A stretch of DNA of 64,000 nucleotides, taken from positions 1,834 to 65,833 of IMG/VR virus record IMGVR_UViG_3300025732_000037; one strand, given 5' to 3'. The notes beneath the pieces were generated by a model. It was not told where the DNA came from. It saw only the letters and a list, made by a program, of their open reading frames with translations, and searched no databases. Positions 50,097 through 58,368 of this stretch are shown piece after piece. Each line of letters opens with the position of its first letter. Position 1 is the first letter of the stretch. Source of the stretch: a virus (Duplodnaviria; Caudoviricetes). The position numbers and the translations under genes are program-made.

Positions 50097-50970
50097 AGTT
50101 AGCGTGGGAAAAAACTTCTCTATTCACCAACTTATAGCAACCAAACTTGTTAGATAAGCAGTAACCTTCTGCATCAATACGATTGTATCCGATATAAGCA
50201 GCAGGACCATCATTACGACAAAGAAACAGGCAATCGTCTTTGATAGACTTCACAAGAGACCACAAACGAATGAGGTTAGGGTCACAATCAAAGTCATTCA
50301 CATTATCTACAGTAATCTGCTCACCTGCACGAATAAAATCATTCAGTTTCTTGGTAATCTTTGCTGCTTCTTTGTTAGAAACAAACTCACACATCGTAGA
50401 CATTTGACGCGCAAATGCACAAACTTCTTTTACATCAGCGAAGTATTCTTGCTGATGGACGATATAAGCATCAGGTTTCACAAACTTGCAGTAAGGTGTA
50501 TCGGTGATACTAAACTTCATCGGATACGCTACTGCATCACGCAAATCATTCTCTGCGATGTAGACAGTATGAGGAGCAAGAATAATCTCCTCAGTAACTA
50601 CATCAGGAAACTTGTAAGTGATAGTATTTGGTTTGTACTCATCACTACCACCAAACCCGATAAAGTCTGCTTGAATGATAGCATTTACACGCGGCAGATA
50701 GTCAAAGCAAGCGTGAAGAATGTTTGCTACATTACCTTCGTGATTTGCGTCAATATCCTGATGCGATTCGTTGATTTTGATTTTAACTTTATTGAAGACA
50801 CTTTTGGTCCCCACGAAGAAGTTACCAGTCGCAGGATTAATACCAAAAACTACTGCAGGAGCACCATCAATCTTGACAGACAGATTGCCAGGAGTTACAA
50901 ACCAATCCAGCACAGACAAATCGCCCGTGAGAATAGAATCTTCAGGATGTTGCAGGTGAGTGTTCTTCAT
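50068..50970 (-). CDS. Conserved phage protein with ligase/nucleotidyltransferase-like KxDG motif (DUF6267-like)
   Basis: KNTHLQHPED, SVKIDGAPA, EGY..KLVNREVFS. Confidence 0.7.
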   Translation of the reverse strand: MKNTHLQHPEDSILTGDLSVLDWFVTPGNLSVKIDGAPAVVFGINPATGNFFVGTKSVFNKVKIKINESHQDIDANHEGNVANILHACFDYLPRVNAIIQADFIGFGGSDEYKPNTITYKFPDVVTEEIILAPHTVYIAENDLRDAVAYPMKFSITDTPYCKFVKPDAYIVHQQEYFADVKEVCAFARQMSTMCEFVSNKEAAKITKKLNDFIRAGEQITVDNVNDFDCDPNLIRLWSLVKSIKDDCLFLCRNDGPAAYIGYNRIDAEGYCLSNKFGCYKLVNREVFSHANFNSGRFQKV

Positions 50971-51005
50971 ACTACTAGGACACTTTGAAGGTGAGTAACT
51001 TTAAC
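50971..51005 (-). repeat. 35-bp element, copy 10 (type A)
   Basis: actactaggacactttgaaggtgagtaactttaac; contains the upstream gene's TAA. Confidence 0.9.
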
Positions 51006-51729
51006 TCATTGCAGAAATGAGAGGATTGTTGATACGATCTTGTGCAATCTTAAAATACTCCTCATCCATTTCAATACCCACAAAGTTTCTATTAGTGTTC
51101 ACACACGCTACACCAGTTGTGCCTGATCCCATCGTATTGTCTAGTACAGTATCACCTTCGTTAGTGTATGTTTTAATTAGATACTCCATCAAATCAACAG
51201 GTTTTTGTGTAGGATGCAGACCCTTTTCTTGCTTGAATCGCAATACTGTCTTAGGGTATCTTGATCCATCAGGATTATCCCGATGCTTGCTCTTTGCACT
51301 ACCATAAACCTCACCAATCTTACTGGTTTCGGATGAGAAACCACTGTAAGGTGTAGAGTACCACATTTGAGGATTGTATGTAGGTTTCTTTCTATAAAAG
51401 ACCAGTATGTTTTCGTGTGACTTGAGAGGCATTACTTTTGAGTTCATAGGATTAGTCCCCTGAGGTTTTTCCCAGATCCATTCATAACGAAAGTTCTCAA
51501 GATTTGATGCTGCAAGTATAGTTGTGAATGGTTGTGCTGCAGTGAATACCATTGCACCATCTTCTTTACAGATTCTATTGTATTGCTCCCACAGTTTATC
51601 CAGAGGAATGATAGAATCCCATTTACACGCTGTTGTACCGTATGGCAAATCTACCAACACCAGATCCACAGAATCATCTGCAAGTGTTGGTAGAATGTCT
51701 AAACAATCGCCGTGAAATAGATTCACCAT
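51001..51729 (-). CDS. DNA amino-methyltransferase (N4C/N6A, beta class)
   Basis: GDCL, DLPY catalytic motif, HPTQKP, DNTMGSGTTG SAM-binding motif. Confidence 0.92.
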   Translation of the reverse strand: MVNLFHGDCLDILPTLADDSVDLVLVDLPYGTTACKWDSIIPLDKLWEQYNRICKEDGAMVFTAAQPFTTILAASNLENFRYEWIWEKPQGTNPMNSKVMPLKSHENILVFYRKKPTYNPQMWYSTPYSGFSSETSKIGEVYGSAKSKHRDNPDGSRYPKTVLRFKQEKGLHPTQKPVDLMEYLIKTYTNEGDTVLDNTMGSGTTGVACVNTNRNFVGIEMDEEYFKIAQDRINNPLISAMS

Positions 51730-52262
51730 TCGGTTATGTTCTTTACAAAGGAACATTCTACCAGACGATCAACTTTTGTGCAAATGTAATCATCATTGCC
51801 GATAGATTTGCCACCTTGTTGTGGTGCAAACAGACAATCTTCCGTCTCAAGATGATTGAGAAAATCGTCCTTACTAAACCAAAACAGACGACAATCTTTC
51901 TCATCCTGATTGATGCCAAAAAACACAAGACGTTCCCAATCTTTATCTTTAGAAACGTGATTGATGATAAACTGATCTTTCTTTGTGCCACCTTTTTTGT
52001 CACGGGTAGCAAGAGAGAACTTAATTTCGGTGCGAATGTTATCAATCACACGATCGTGCCCTGCTGTAGATGTTTTGGCACGTTTTACATCACACAGCAA
52101 CACATTCTCAAAGAACTTAGAGACGAAACGCTCACCAAACTCACCTTTCTGTTTGGGAGACATAAACACATAACCTTGGAAAGGTGTACCAATCCAAGGA
52201 TCTTGTGCATTTTGATTGATGTAATCTTGGAGAGATCCATCCTCAAAAATAGAAACAAACAC
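51723..52262 (-). CDS. Putative type II restriction endonuclease (PD-(D/E)xK)
   Basis: KQKGEFGE..GHD..TEIKFS; overlaps the MTase start; probable GTG start at 52262. Confidence 0.6.
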   Translation of the reverse strand: MFVSIFEDGSLQDYINQNAQDPWIGTPFQGYVFMSPKQKGEFGERFVSKFFENVLLCDVKRAKTSTAGHDRVIDNIRTEIKFSLATRDKKGGTKKDQFIINHVSKDKDWERLVFFGINQDEKDCRLFWFSKDDFLNHLETEDCLFAPQQGGKSIGNDDYICTKVDRLVECSFVKNITEW

Positions 52263-52281
52263 GTTGAATACCTTTCTATAC

Positions 52282-52316
52282 ACTATAGGGACACTTTCGG
52301 CGTCCCCCCTTCCATA
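52282..52316 (-). repeat. 35-bp element, copy 11 (type B)
   Basis: Coding strand TATGGAAGGGGGGACGCCGAAAGTGTCCCTATAGT. Confidence 0.8.
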
Positions 52317-52320
52317 AAAC

Positions 52321-52345
52321 AAAAAAAGGGAACTTGTAAAGTCCC
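52321..52345 (-). terminator. Rho-independent terminator
   Basis: GGGACTTTACAAGTTCCC followed by T7. Confidence 0.6.
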
Positions 52346-52348
52346 CAG

Positions 52349-52370
52349 GTGCCACTTCAGTTAGTGGCAT
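52349..52370. promoter_or_regulatory. Palindromic operator-like box
   Basis: GTGCCACT-N6-AGTGGCAT; related boxes at 53950, 59124 and 60329. Confidence 0.6.
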
Positions 52371-52372
52371 AC

Positions 52373-52618
52373 TTAGCGCGGATTTGCTGATACTCGAGTA
52401 TCAAGATAATCCAGCACGTTCTTCACATAGGGAGCAACAGTTTGAGTAACTTTGCTCAGATCATCACGAAGTTTGTTAACTTCATATTGATGGATTGCCC
52501 AGCGAACCTTAATGTCTTCGATGTATTGCTGGCGAGTGATGAGAACCTCAGGAACTTTCACTTCAGGAGCAGCAACAACAGCAGGAACATTTGCGGTTTG
52601 CTTGCGAGCGCGAGGCAT
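52373..52618 (-). CDS. Hypothetical protein
   Basis: 81-aa ORF. Confidence 0.65.
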   Translation of the reverse strand: MPRARKQTANVPAVVAAPEVKVPEVLITRQQYIEDIKVRWAIHQYEVNKLRDDLSKVTQTVAPYVKNVLDYLDTRVSANPR

Positions 52619-52636
52619 AGATTAGATGCGTCTTAC

Positions 52637-52671
52637 ACTACTAGAACACTTTGGAGGTGAGTAACTTTAAT
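52637..52671 (-). repeat. 35-bp element, copy 12 (type A)
   Basis: actactagaacactttggaggtgagtaactttaat. Confidence 0.9.
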
Positions 52672-52846
52672 CCACAGGAAGTTGTGCTACACTTTTACCC
52701 TTTTTGTGATCTGTGATGTACTTTCGTGCTGATGCTTCGGTCTTACAAAGTTTCTCAAGTTGCTGACCTTTGTGAATGATGAGATACTGTTTTCCATAAG
52801 GAATAACAGCATATTCATCCCTAAACATTGTGAATCCTTCGATCAT
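52667..52846 (-). CDS. 59-aa hypothetical protein
   Basis: MIEGFTMFRDEYAVIPYGKQYLIIHKGQQL...; stop lies inside repeat 12. Confidence 0.55.
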   Translation of the reverse strand: MIEGFTMFRDEYAVIPYGKQYLIIHKGQQLEKLCKTEASARKYITDHKKGKSVAQLPVD

Positions 52847-53844
52847 TTGATTTCAACAAGAGATTGAGGATCTTCAACACCAATCAGTTGAGGAAGGGCA
52901 CCAGCAATAGAGTAAGAGGAAGAACAAGTTTCCATACGCTTAGAGACATACTTACGAACAAGTTTATCAAGTTCCTCAAGATATTGAATGGCATACTGAC
53001 GTTGTGCGGCAACTTCTTCTGCAGTTTCACACCCTTTGGTGTAGGTAACTACATCAGTAACGTCAATGTCACGCTCAACAAAGTTCTTCATAATCTGAAG
53101 AAAACCACGCTCAATGTAAGTCCTATCTTTTGCACAAATTACAACAGGATTAGTAGAAGAACTGGTATCAACAATCTCACTAACTTTTGATTGTGCGTTC
53201 TTGGGATGAACAAAAGGAAGAATGTTGACTGCGATTGTTGTCTGCTGATAGATCTTATTCGTGATGTCTTCTACTTGCTTGGGAGTGAATGAATGGTTGA
53301 TACTACCCACCCAATTTTCAATTTCTTTCTTAGACAGAGAGTTACCATTTCGCTTGCAATACTGCACACCGCGAAGGACAAAATCGTTGAGAGTGTGTCG
53401 CTTTGCTACAGTGTGATTGTTTGCACCCAGAGAGACAACATCATAGGCATCTTCCAAACGATTTGCCCAACTTTCTTTCAGTCGGTAAACAAGAAAAGGA
53501 TAATCTTTGATACCAAGTTCATAGGCAGCATTACTACGATTATATCCATCCCACATTTCCTTCTCACCGTTAGGAAGGATCATCACAACTGGGGGGAGTT
53601 CGGTTACACGATAACCTTTCTGAAACTCTGCAATCAGTCCGTTAATGTTGTTGGTATCGACACCACCAGCGCGAGCAGCATTTGCTTGCTGTTGAATGTT
53701 AAGGTTATTCCATTGGAGGATCTCAATGCTTTCAAACTCAGCACATTCAAACTGCGGAATGTCAAGAGATTTGAACGTAGGATTACTCAACAGAGCATCC
53801 CAAGAAGTCACATTAGACTGGAAAAAAGGAACAATTTGAGTCAT
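52843..53844 (-). CDS. Protein with ParB/Srx-like N-terminal domain
   Basis: PPVVM..EMWDGYNRSNA resembles the ParB-N DGxxR motif. Confidence 0.6.
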   Translation of the reverse strand: MTQIVPFFQSNVTSWDALLSNPTFKSLDIPQFECAEFESIEILQWNNLNIQQQANAARAGGVDTNNINGLIAEFQKGYRVTELPPVVMILPNGEKEMWDGYNRSNAAYELGIKDYPFLVYRLKESWANRLEDAYDVVSLGANNHTVAKRHTLNDFVLRGVQYCKRNGNSLSKKEIENWVGSINHSFTPKQVEDITNKIYQQTTIAVNILPFVHPKNAQSKVSEIVDTSSSTNPVVICAKDRTYIERGFLQIMKNFVERDIDVTDVVTYTKGCETAEEVAAQRQYAIQYLEELDKLVRKYVSKRMETCSSSYSIAGALPQLIGVEDPQSLVEIK

Positions 53845-53912
53845 TATTAAGAAAATAGCAAGGTTTGCTTTTTGTCAGTCCGTTTGAACAAGAGTTCCGA
53901 ACTGATGAGTGT

Positions 53913-53959
53913 AGTTTAACAACTTTGGGTGGGGATGTCAATCCCCTGTGTGACACTTT
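53913..53959 (-). promoter_or_regulatory. Early promoter with upstream AAAGTGTCAC box
   Basis: AAAGTGTCAC-N8-TTGACA-17-TAAACT. Confidence 0.7.
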
Positions 53960-54068
53960 TGAAAAAATCGTTGATTTGATTGCGGAGGATGACCTATGAC
54001 ACCCTTGCAGTAGAATTGCAGAAAAATCAGGTTTTGACCCCTGATGGATACAGGGGTCTCAGTGAGAC

Positions 54069-55310
54069 TCACCTGCGAACCACGCTGATTGCAGGTTCTC
54101 CCTTCTGGAAAATCGTATCAACAACCGACTGCACAGCGCGAGCGGTGCTGATACCAACCTTGTTATAGACAGGTACACAAACCAGACCGAACGATTTGCT
54201 ATACTGAGTGAGGTTGCCAGGTTCAATACGTCCATCGCGCATACCTTTCGCATCATCGTGATGCAGACGGATGCAACGTCCGATGGTCTGAGAGATACCA
54301 ATGAAGTCCATATTGCGAAGGAAAAGTACCGCTTCCAGACCGCTGACGTTGATACCCTCAGCAAGGATGCTATGGTGCAGAACAACGAACTTCTTATCGT
54401 TATCCTTACCCCAGGCAGATAGGGTGTCAAAGAATACCTCACGGTTCACTTTGCGACCATCAATCACAGCACCAGTCTTGGCAGTGATATACATCCAAGA
54501 GTAACCGCGATTCTCTAGTTGATAGCAGAAATCAGTTTCAGACACCAGAGCAACAATTTGCTTGGTTGCCTTAGAGCAGATCAGAATCTTACCGACGCTG
54601 TTCTCATCAATCGTTTCCAGCAGATTCTCAGCGTCCCGATCATAGTTGGTTTGCTTACCAGTTACCATAGGCAGTTGCTTGACGATAACTTTAGGGGGCA
54701 CAATGTATCCACCTTCAACTAGCTCAGGAGCAGGAACTTTGCAGATCACTTGACCGTAGACTGCAGAATCATTCATTCCTGGTTTACCCACAGCAAGCGA
54801 ATGTTTCGGAGTTGCAGTGAAGAAATAACAGCGTCGTGCGTTAGCGGAGAAGTGCTCTGTAGCAGGGAAAAAGTGACGCTGAACGCTGTTATGTGCTTCG
54901 TCAAAGTAGATCGTATCCACATCAATCTCTGCGACTTGAAGACGCGACAGAGAGTTGTAGGTGGTTACAATCAGTTTGTGATTATCGGCATTAGCATTAA
55001 CCCAGTTGTAAATCTCACGCGGACGAGTAGAACTTTGGTGATGCGTCTCCCCCGAATGTATGTGGAAAACCTCAGCGTTAGTGATAAACTCCAGAAACTC
55101 AGCAGAGAGTTGCTCTGCAAGCAGAATAAGCGGAGCGACTACAACAATGGTCTGCGGAGTTTCTGATTGCAACTCGCGCAGAGCATCAAAAATAGCAATG
55201 TTAGTTTTTCCACCCCCAGTCGGGATAATCACTTGACCTTTATTGTGCTGCTGCAGCGCAACAATGCCACGCTCCTGATGAGGACGAAGTTGAATGTTCA
55301 TAGGTTGCAT
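54069..55310 (-). CDS. Superfamily 2 DExH helicase (ResIII-like)
   Basis: LRPHQ, PTGGGKT, DEAH, TAT, EGI and QTIGRCIR motifs. Confidence 0.92.
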   Translation of the reverse strand: MQPMNIQLRPHQERGIVALQQHNKGQVIIPTGGGKTNIAIFDALRELQSETPQTIVVVAPLILLAEQLSAEFLEFITNAEVFHIHSGETHHQSSTRPREIYNWVNANADNHKLIVTTYNSLSRLQVAEIDVDTIYFDEAHNSVQRHFFPATEHFSANARRCYFFTATPKHSLAVGKPGMNDSAVYGQVICKVPAPELVEGGYIVPPKVIVKQLPMVTGKQTNYDRDAENLLETIDENSVGKILICSKATKQIVALVSETDFCYQLENRGYSWMYITAKTGAVIDGRKVNREVFFDTLSAWGKDNDKKFVVLHHSILAEGINVSGLEAVLFLRNMDFIGISQTIGRCIRLHHDDAKGMRDGRIEPGNLTQYSKSFGLVCVPVYNKVGISTARAVQSVVDTIFQKGEPAISVVRR

Positions 55311-55315
55311 TATCT

Positions 55316-55350
55316 AGTATTAGAACAGTTTAGAGGTGAGTAACTTTAAT
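55316..55350 (-). repeat. 35-bp element, copy 13 (type A, diverged)
   Basis: agtattagaacagtttagaggtgagtaactttaat. Confidence 0.85.
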
Positions 55351-55660
55351 CCTCTTTCATTCCCATAAAAACAAGAATACCAATGACAATGATGGCAGGA
55401 ATAGCAATATACCAGTAAGTTGTCAATAAGTAAAGAACAAATCCAATCCCAAGTAACCAAACAAGTCCAGAAGAATCTCCAGAACTGAATGAAGAACCTC
55501 CACCATTGGAGCGAACTTCTCTTAGATTTGTGATCTGCTGAACATTACCGTGTTTAGCGTAAATCTGCTGTTTTGCTCCACTAATAGTTGCTGCTTCTAC
55601 TTCAGTTGTAATCCTGCCAACTTGTGAGTTGACAAATACCTCTGCTCTCCAAGTTGCCAT
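55346..55660 (-). CDS. Small membrane protein
   Basis: C-terminal hydrophobic segments LVWLLGIGFVLYLL and IAIPAIIVIGILVF. Confidence 0.7.
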   Translation of the reverse strand: MATWRAEVFVNSQVGRITTEVEAATISGAKQQIYAKHGNVQQITNLREVRSNGGGSSFSSGDSSGLVWLLGIGFVLYLLTTYWYIAIPAIIVIGILVFMGMKED

Positions 55661-55662
55661 AA

Positions 55663-55860
55663 TCAACCTCCGTAAACTTCTTCAGCGATAGGAGTATCAC
55701 CGAACATTTCATTATACAACCAATCAGTGGGTTTGTCCAGATTATCTTCACACTCTTTCAGAAAGGCAATCTCACGAGTCCAAAACTCAACAGATTTCTT
55801 TGCTTTCAGATACTCATTGCGAGCATCATAAAGTTTGCGTTGGATTTCAACTCGGTCCAT
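55663..55860 (-). CDS. Hypothetical protein
   Basis: 65-aa ORF. Confidence 0.6.
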   Translation of the reverse strand: MDRVEIQRKLYDARNEYLKAKKSVEFWTREIAFLKECEDNLDKPTDWLYNEMFGDTPIAEEVYGG

Positions 55861-55877
55861 AATGTGGGTGTGCTTAT

Positions 55878-55912
55878 ACTACTAAAACACTTTAGAGGTG
55901 AGTAACTTTAAT
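55878..55912 (-). repeat. 35-bp element, copy 14 (type A)
   Basis: actactaaaacactttagaggtgagtaactttaat. Confidence 0.9.
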
Positions 55913-55917
55913 AGGTC

Positions 55918-56595
55918 TCAACTTTCAGATGCTTGTGCTGCTGCTTTTGCTTTTGCTCTCATCTGAACAGCAACTTTACTATTCCACTTTCCACCATCCG
56001 CTTCATATTCTTTACGCATTTGTGCAAGGATTTCCGTGGCAGATTTCTTAGTCTTTTGTGCTGTTGCTGTTTTCTCTTTATTTCTAGCAGCATCTCTCTC
56101 CTGACGTGTCATAGGAGTACCATCAGGATGCGTCCACTTTCTGCGGGATTTTGCTTCTGGTTTTTCTGATGTTGGTTTTGCTTGAGAGATTGCTTGTGAT
56201 GCGGTCTTGGGTTGTTCCTTACCACTTTCTCTTGCTTTACGCTCAAGATATGCTTTACGTTGCAGTTCTTTTCTAGACATTGCAGCACTACCTTGAGTTC
56301 CAGCAGTTCCTGCTTTTAACTCAGTTGAACCTTGACCTCTTCCTGGTGCTGGTGCTGAAGATCCTCTCTGCTGACCAACATCTTTACGTTCTTTGTAAGG
56401 TGCGATTGGTTCTGTTTTACCACCACCAACTGCTCTTGTTCTTCTAACTTCAGGAGCAGTCTTTTTGCGCTCTTTTCCTATTCTACCACCATCACCTGTG
56501 CGGGTGATAGACGCACCACCACCCCATCCAAGTTGTTTGGCAGCATCAGCATCAGATGCTTCGCAAATAGACATAAACTCCCGAAACGTCTTCAT
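55918..56595 (-). CDS. Basic low-complexity protein, probable internal head protein
   Basis: MKTFREFMSICEA CTS-like start; CTAAATA late promoter upstream; K/A/R-rich. Confidence 0.7.
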   Translation of the reverse strand: MKTFREFMSICEASDADAAKQLGWGGGASITRTGDGGRIGKERKKTAPEVRRTRAVGGGKTEPIAPYKERKDVGQQRGSSAPAPGRGQGSTELKAGTAGTQGSAAMSRKELQRKAYLERKARESGKEQPKTASQAISQAKPTSEKPEAKSRRKWTHPDGTPMTRQERDAARNKEKTATAQKTKKSATEILAQMRKEYEADGGKWNSKVAVQMRAKAKAAAQASES

Positions 56596-56621
56596 TGTTA
56601 TCTAAACACTCTTTTTAGTAT

Positions 56622-56834
56622 TTAGTTATCTGCAGCATCACGCAGTTTATCCTGAGCAGATTTGCTAATCTTACAAACCATATCGTTGTCGTAAAAGTAT
56701 TTCACACGTTCACGACGGGCAGCAAGCAAAAGATCATATTCCTCCTGTTGCTGTTTCGTAAAGGTAAAATCTTGCTTCCTCCAAATCTCTTTGAGTTCGT
56801 TCAGATGAGGCAGCACGTTCACAGTTTCAGTCAT
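56622..56834 (-). CDS. Hypothetical protein
   Basis: 70-aa ORF. Confidence 0.6.
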   Translation of the reverse strand: MTETVNVLPHLNELKEIWRKQDFTFTKQQQEEYDLLLAARRERVKYFYDNDMVCKISKSAQDKLRDAADN

Positions 56835-56838
56835 TTAT

Positions 56839-57027
56839 TCAGGATACAGGAGTTTCGGTTTCAGTGGTAGATTCGGTGGACACTTGTTTAGGTGTCACAC
56901 GAACATTGTAAGGACTATTGAAGAACCTGCGGAAAGCAGTAACAACAATAAGAAGCGTTGAAGCAACACCAACCAAACCAAGGAAGGTAACAGCATCACC
57001 ACTGAAAGTGTATTGATCGGGAGTCAT
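56839..57027 (-). CDS. Small single-pass membrane protein
   Basis: AVTFLGLVGVASTLLIVVTAF transmembrane segment. Confidence 0.6.
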   Translation of the reverse strand: MTPDQYTFSGDAVTFLGLVGVASTLLIVVTAFRRFFNSPYNVRVTPKQVSTESTTETETPVS

Positions 57028-57186
57028 AATTAGAAATCGTGCGTAGAGTTCAGGTATTCATTAAAGGATTGATCGTCAAACTCATCATCAATAAAGATGT
57101 TATCTTCATCGACAAAGTTGAAGTAACTTTCCTCTTCGATTTGATAGTTGTCGTTGAAAGGATCCATCTGTTTAATGGGTGCTTAC

Positions 57187-57221
57187 AATATTAGAACACT
57201 TTGGAGGTGAGTTATTTTATT
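57187..57221 (-). repeat. 35-bp element, copy 15 (degenerate type A)
   Basis: aatattagaacactttggaggtgagttattttatt. Confidence 0.75.
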
Positions 57222-57913
57222 TACTTGCCTCCAAAAGATTTATATCTTGAACCTTCAGGTTGTGACCAACCTCTCTGTGAAAACTTACCAGTTGTCTTAT
57301 CCAACTCTCCAGTTTTTCCTTTTAATTTTGCAAGAACTCTAGTGGGTGATGGAGTATCTAATGATCCTTGAGTTCCTGTTTTTGGTGCTGGTTTTGCAGC
57401 AACTGTAGCGGCGCCAGCAGCAGCACCAGATCCATATTTTCTTGCAATACTTGATACCTTAGTCACATAATCAGGGTCAGTTGCATATGCTCCGTGACTT
57501 CTTTCCTTTGATCCAGGTATTTTTGCTCCTCCAGGTAACTGAAGTCTTCTTGTAGCATCTTCTACATCTTTAGCACCTCTAGTTTTATAACTCCACTTAT
57601 TCATTCTGTCCTTGATACTGGAATCAAGACTGTCATAGTCTTTAAATCTTGCAGAGGTTGTTACACTTCTTCCACCTTGAACTTCCCAAGTTCCTTTGGT
57701 TGATCCTGCTTCTTTACTACTTGCTTTTTGACCAAAATAGTTATTTTTTCCACTAGGAGACTTACCCCATCCAGTTTCTAATGCTGCTTGTGATGCTCCC
57801 AAATCTGCCTCAACATCACTTGCACCTGCTTTTTTGAATCTTGCTTTTACATCATTATAAAATGCTTGTTGAGCAGACGTTGCTTCACCTAAAAACTGAT
57901 TAAAGGTTTTCAT
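57221..57913 (-). CDS. GH73 (FlgJ-type) peptidoglycan hydrolase with CTS-like N-terminus
   Basis: QAALETGWG, NNYFGQK, FKDYDS and YATDPDY motifs; begins MKTFNQFLGEA; CATAAATA upstream. Confidence 0.85.
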   Translation of the reverse strand: MKTFNQFLGEATSAQQAFYNDVKARFKKAGASDVEADLGASQAALETGWGKSPSGKNNYFGQKASSKEAGSTKGTWEVQGGRSVTTSARFKDYDSLDSSIKDRMNKWSYKTRGAKDVEDATRRLQLPGGAKIPGSKERSHGAYATDPDYVTKVSSIARKYGSGAAAGAATVAAKPAPKTGTQGSLDTPSPTRVLAKLKGKTGELDKTTGKFSQRGWSQPEGSRYKSFGGK

Positions 57914-57938
57914 TTCTTATTGTTTTTAGGTATTTATG

Positions 57939-58196
57939 TTATTCAAACTCACCAGTGCGATTATATTTTGTCCTACTAATTACTGGTTTAGGATTATCCA
58001 TTATAACTTCAACATTTACATTAGTTTTATCATCCCAATGACGTACTACACCAGCAATAATGAATCCATTAGTAATCAAATAGGTCGCAAAGATAAAAGT
58101 TCGGATAAGAGCAATCTTATCAGATTCTTTATCACATTTACTTGCTTTTTCCCCGATTGCTTTTGCCCACCACCGCCACATCGTTTTCTTTTTCAT
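57939..58196 (-). CDS. Small membrane protein
   Basis: WAKAIGEKA..D.IALIRT plus a hydrophobic helix. Confidence 0.65.
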   Translation of the reverse strand: MKKKTMWRWWAKAIGEKASKCDKESDKIALIRTFIFATYLITNGFIIAGVVRHWDDKTNVNVEVIMDNPKPVISRTKYNRTGEFE

Positions 58197-58368
58197 TTTG
58201 TTGATTCTTTTTGAATTGAAATTTGTTTATAGTTTTCTCTGAAAACTAGAAGTCTTGGAGAGTTACGATTAGGATGTGCTGGAAGTTGTATAACAACATA
58301 CTGGTCACATACAAAATCAATCACACCATACATTCCTTTATAATAGACTACTGTTCCTTCAGAGAAAA

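Noticed and set aside
52263-52370. N-terminal extension of the 215-aa ORF (MPLTEVAPG...)
   Set aside because: It runs through an operator box, a terminator and a 35-bp element; GTG at 52262 is the more plausible start.
51633-53850. Long plus-strand ORFs (243, 185 and 108 aa; also 50404-50988)
   Set aside because: They are antisense shadows of well-supported minus-strand genes.
41899-57221. 35-bp repeats as a CRISPR array
   Set aside because: The intervals are 0.3-2.7 kb and contain whole genes rather than uniform spacers, and no cas genes are present.
41899-57221. 35-bp element as a Xer dif site, integron attC or T7-type promoter
   Set aside because: There is only partial similarity to the XerD arm and none to XerC. 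No RYYYAAC/GTTRRRY inverted core is present. The T7 resemblance is limited to ACTCAC, and no matching enzyme is in the window.
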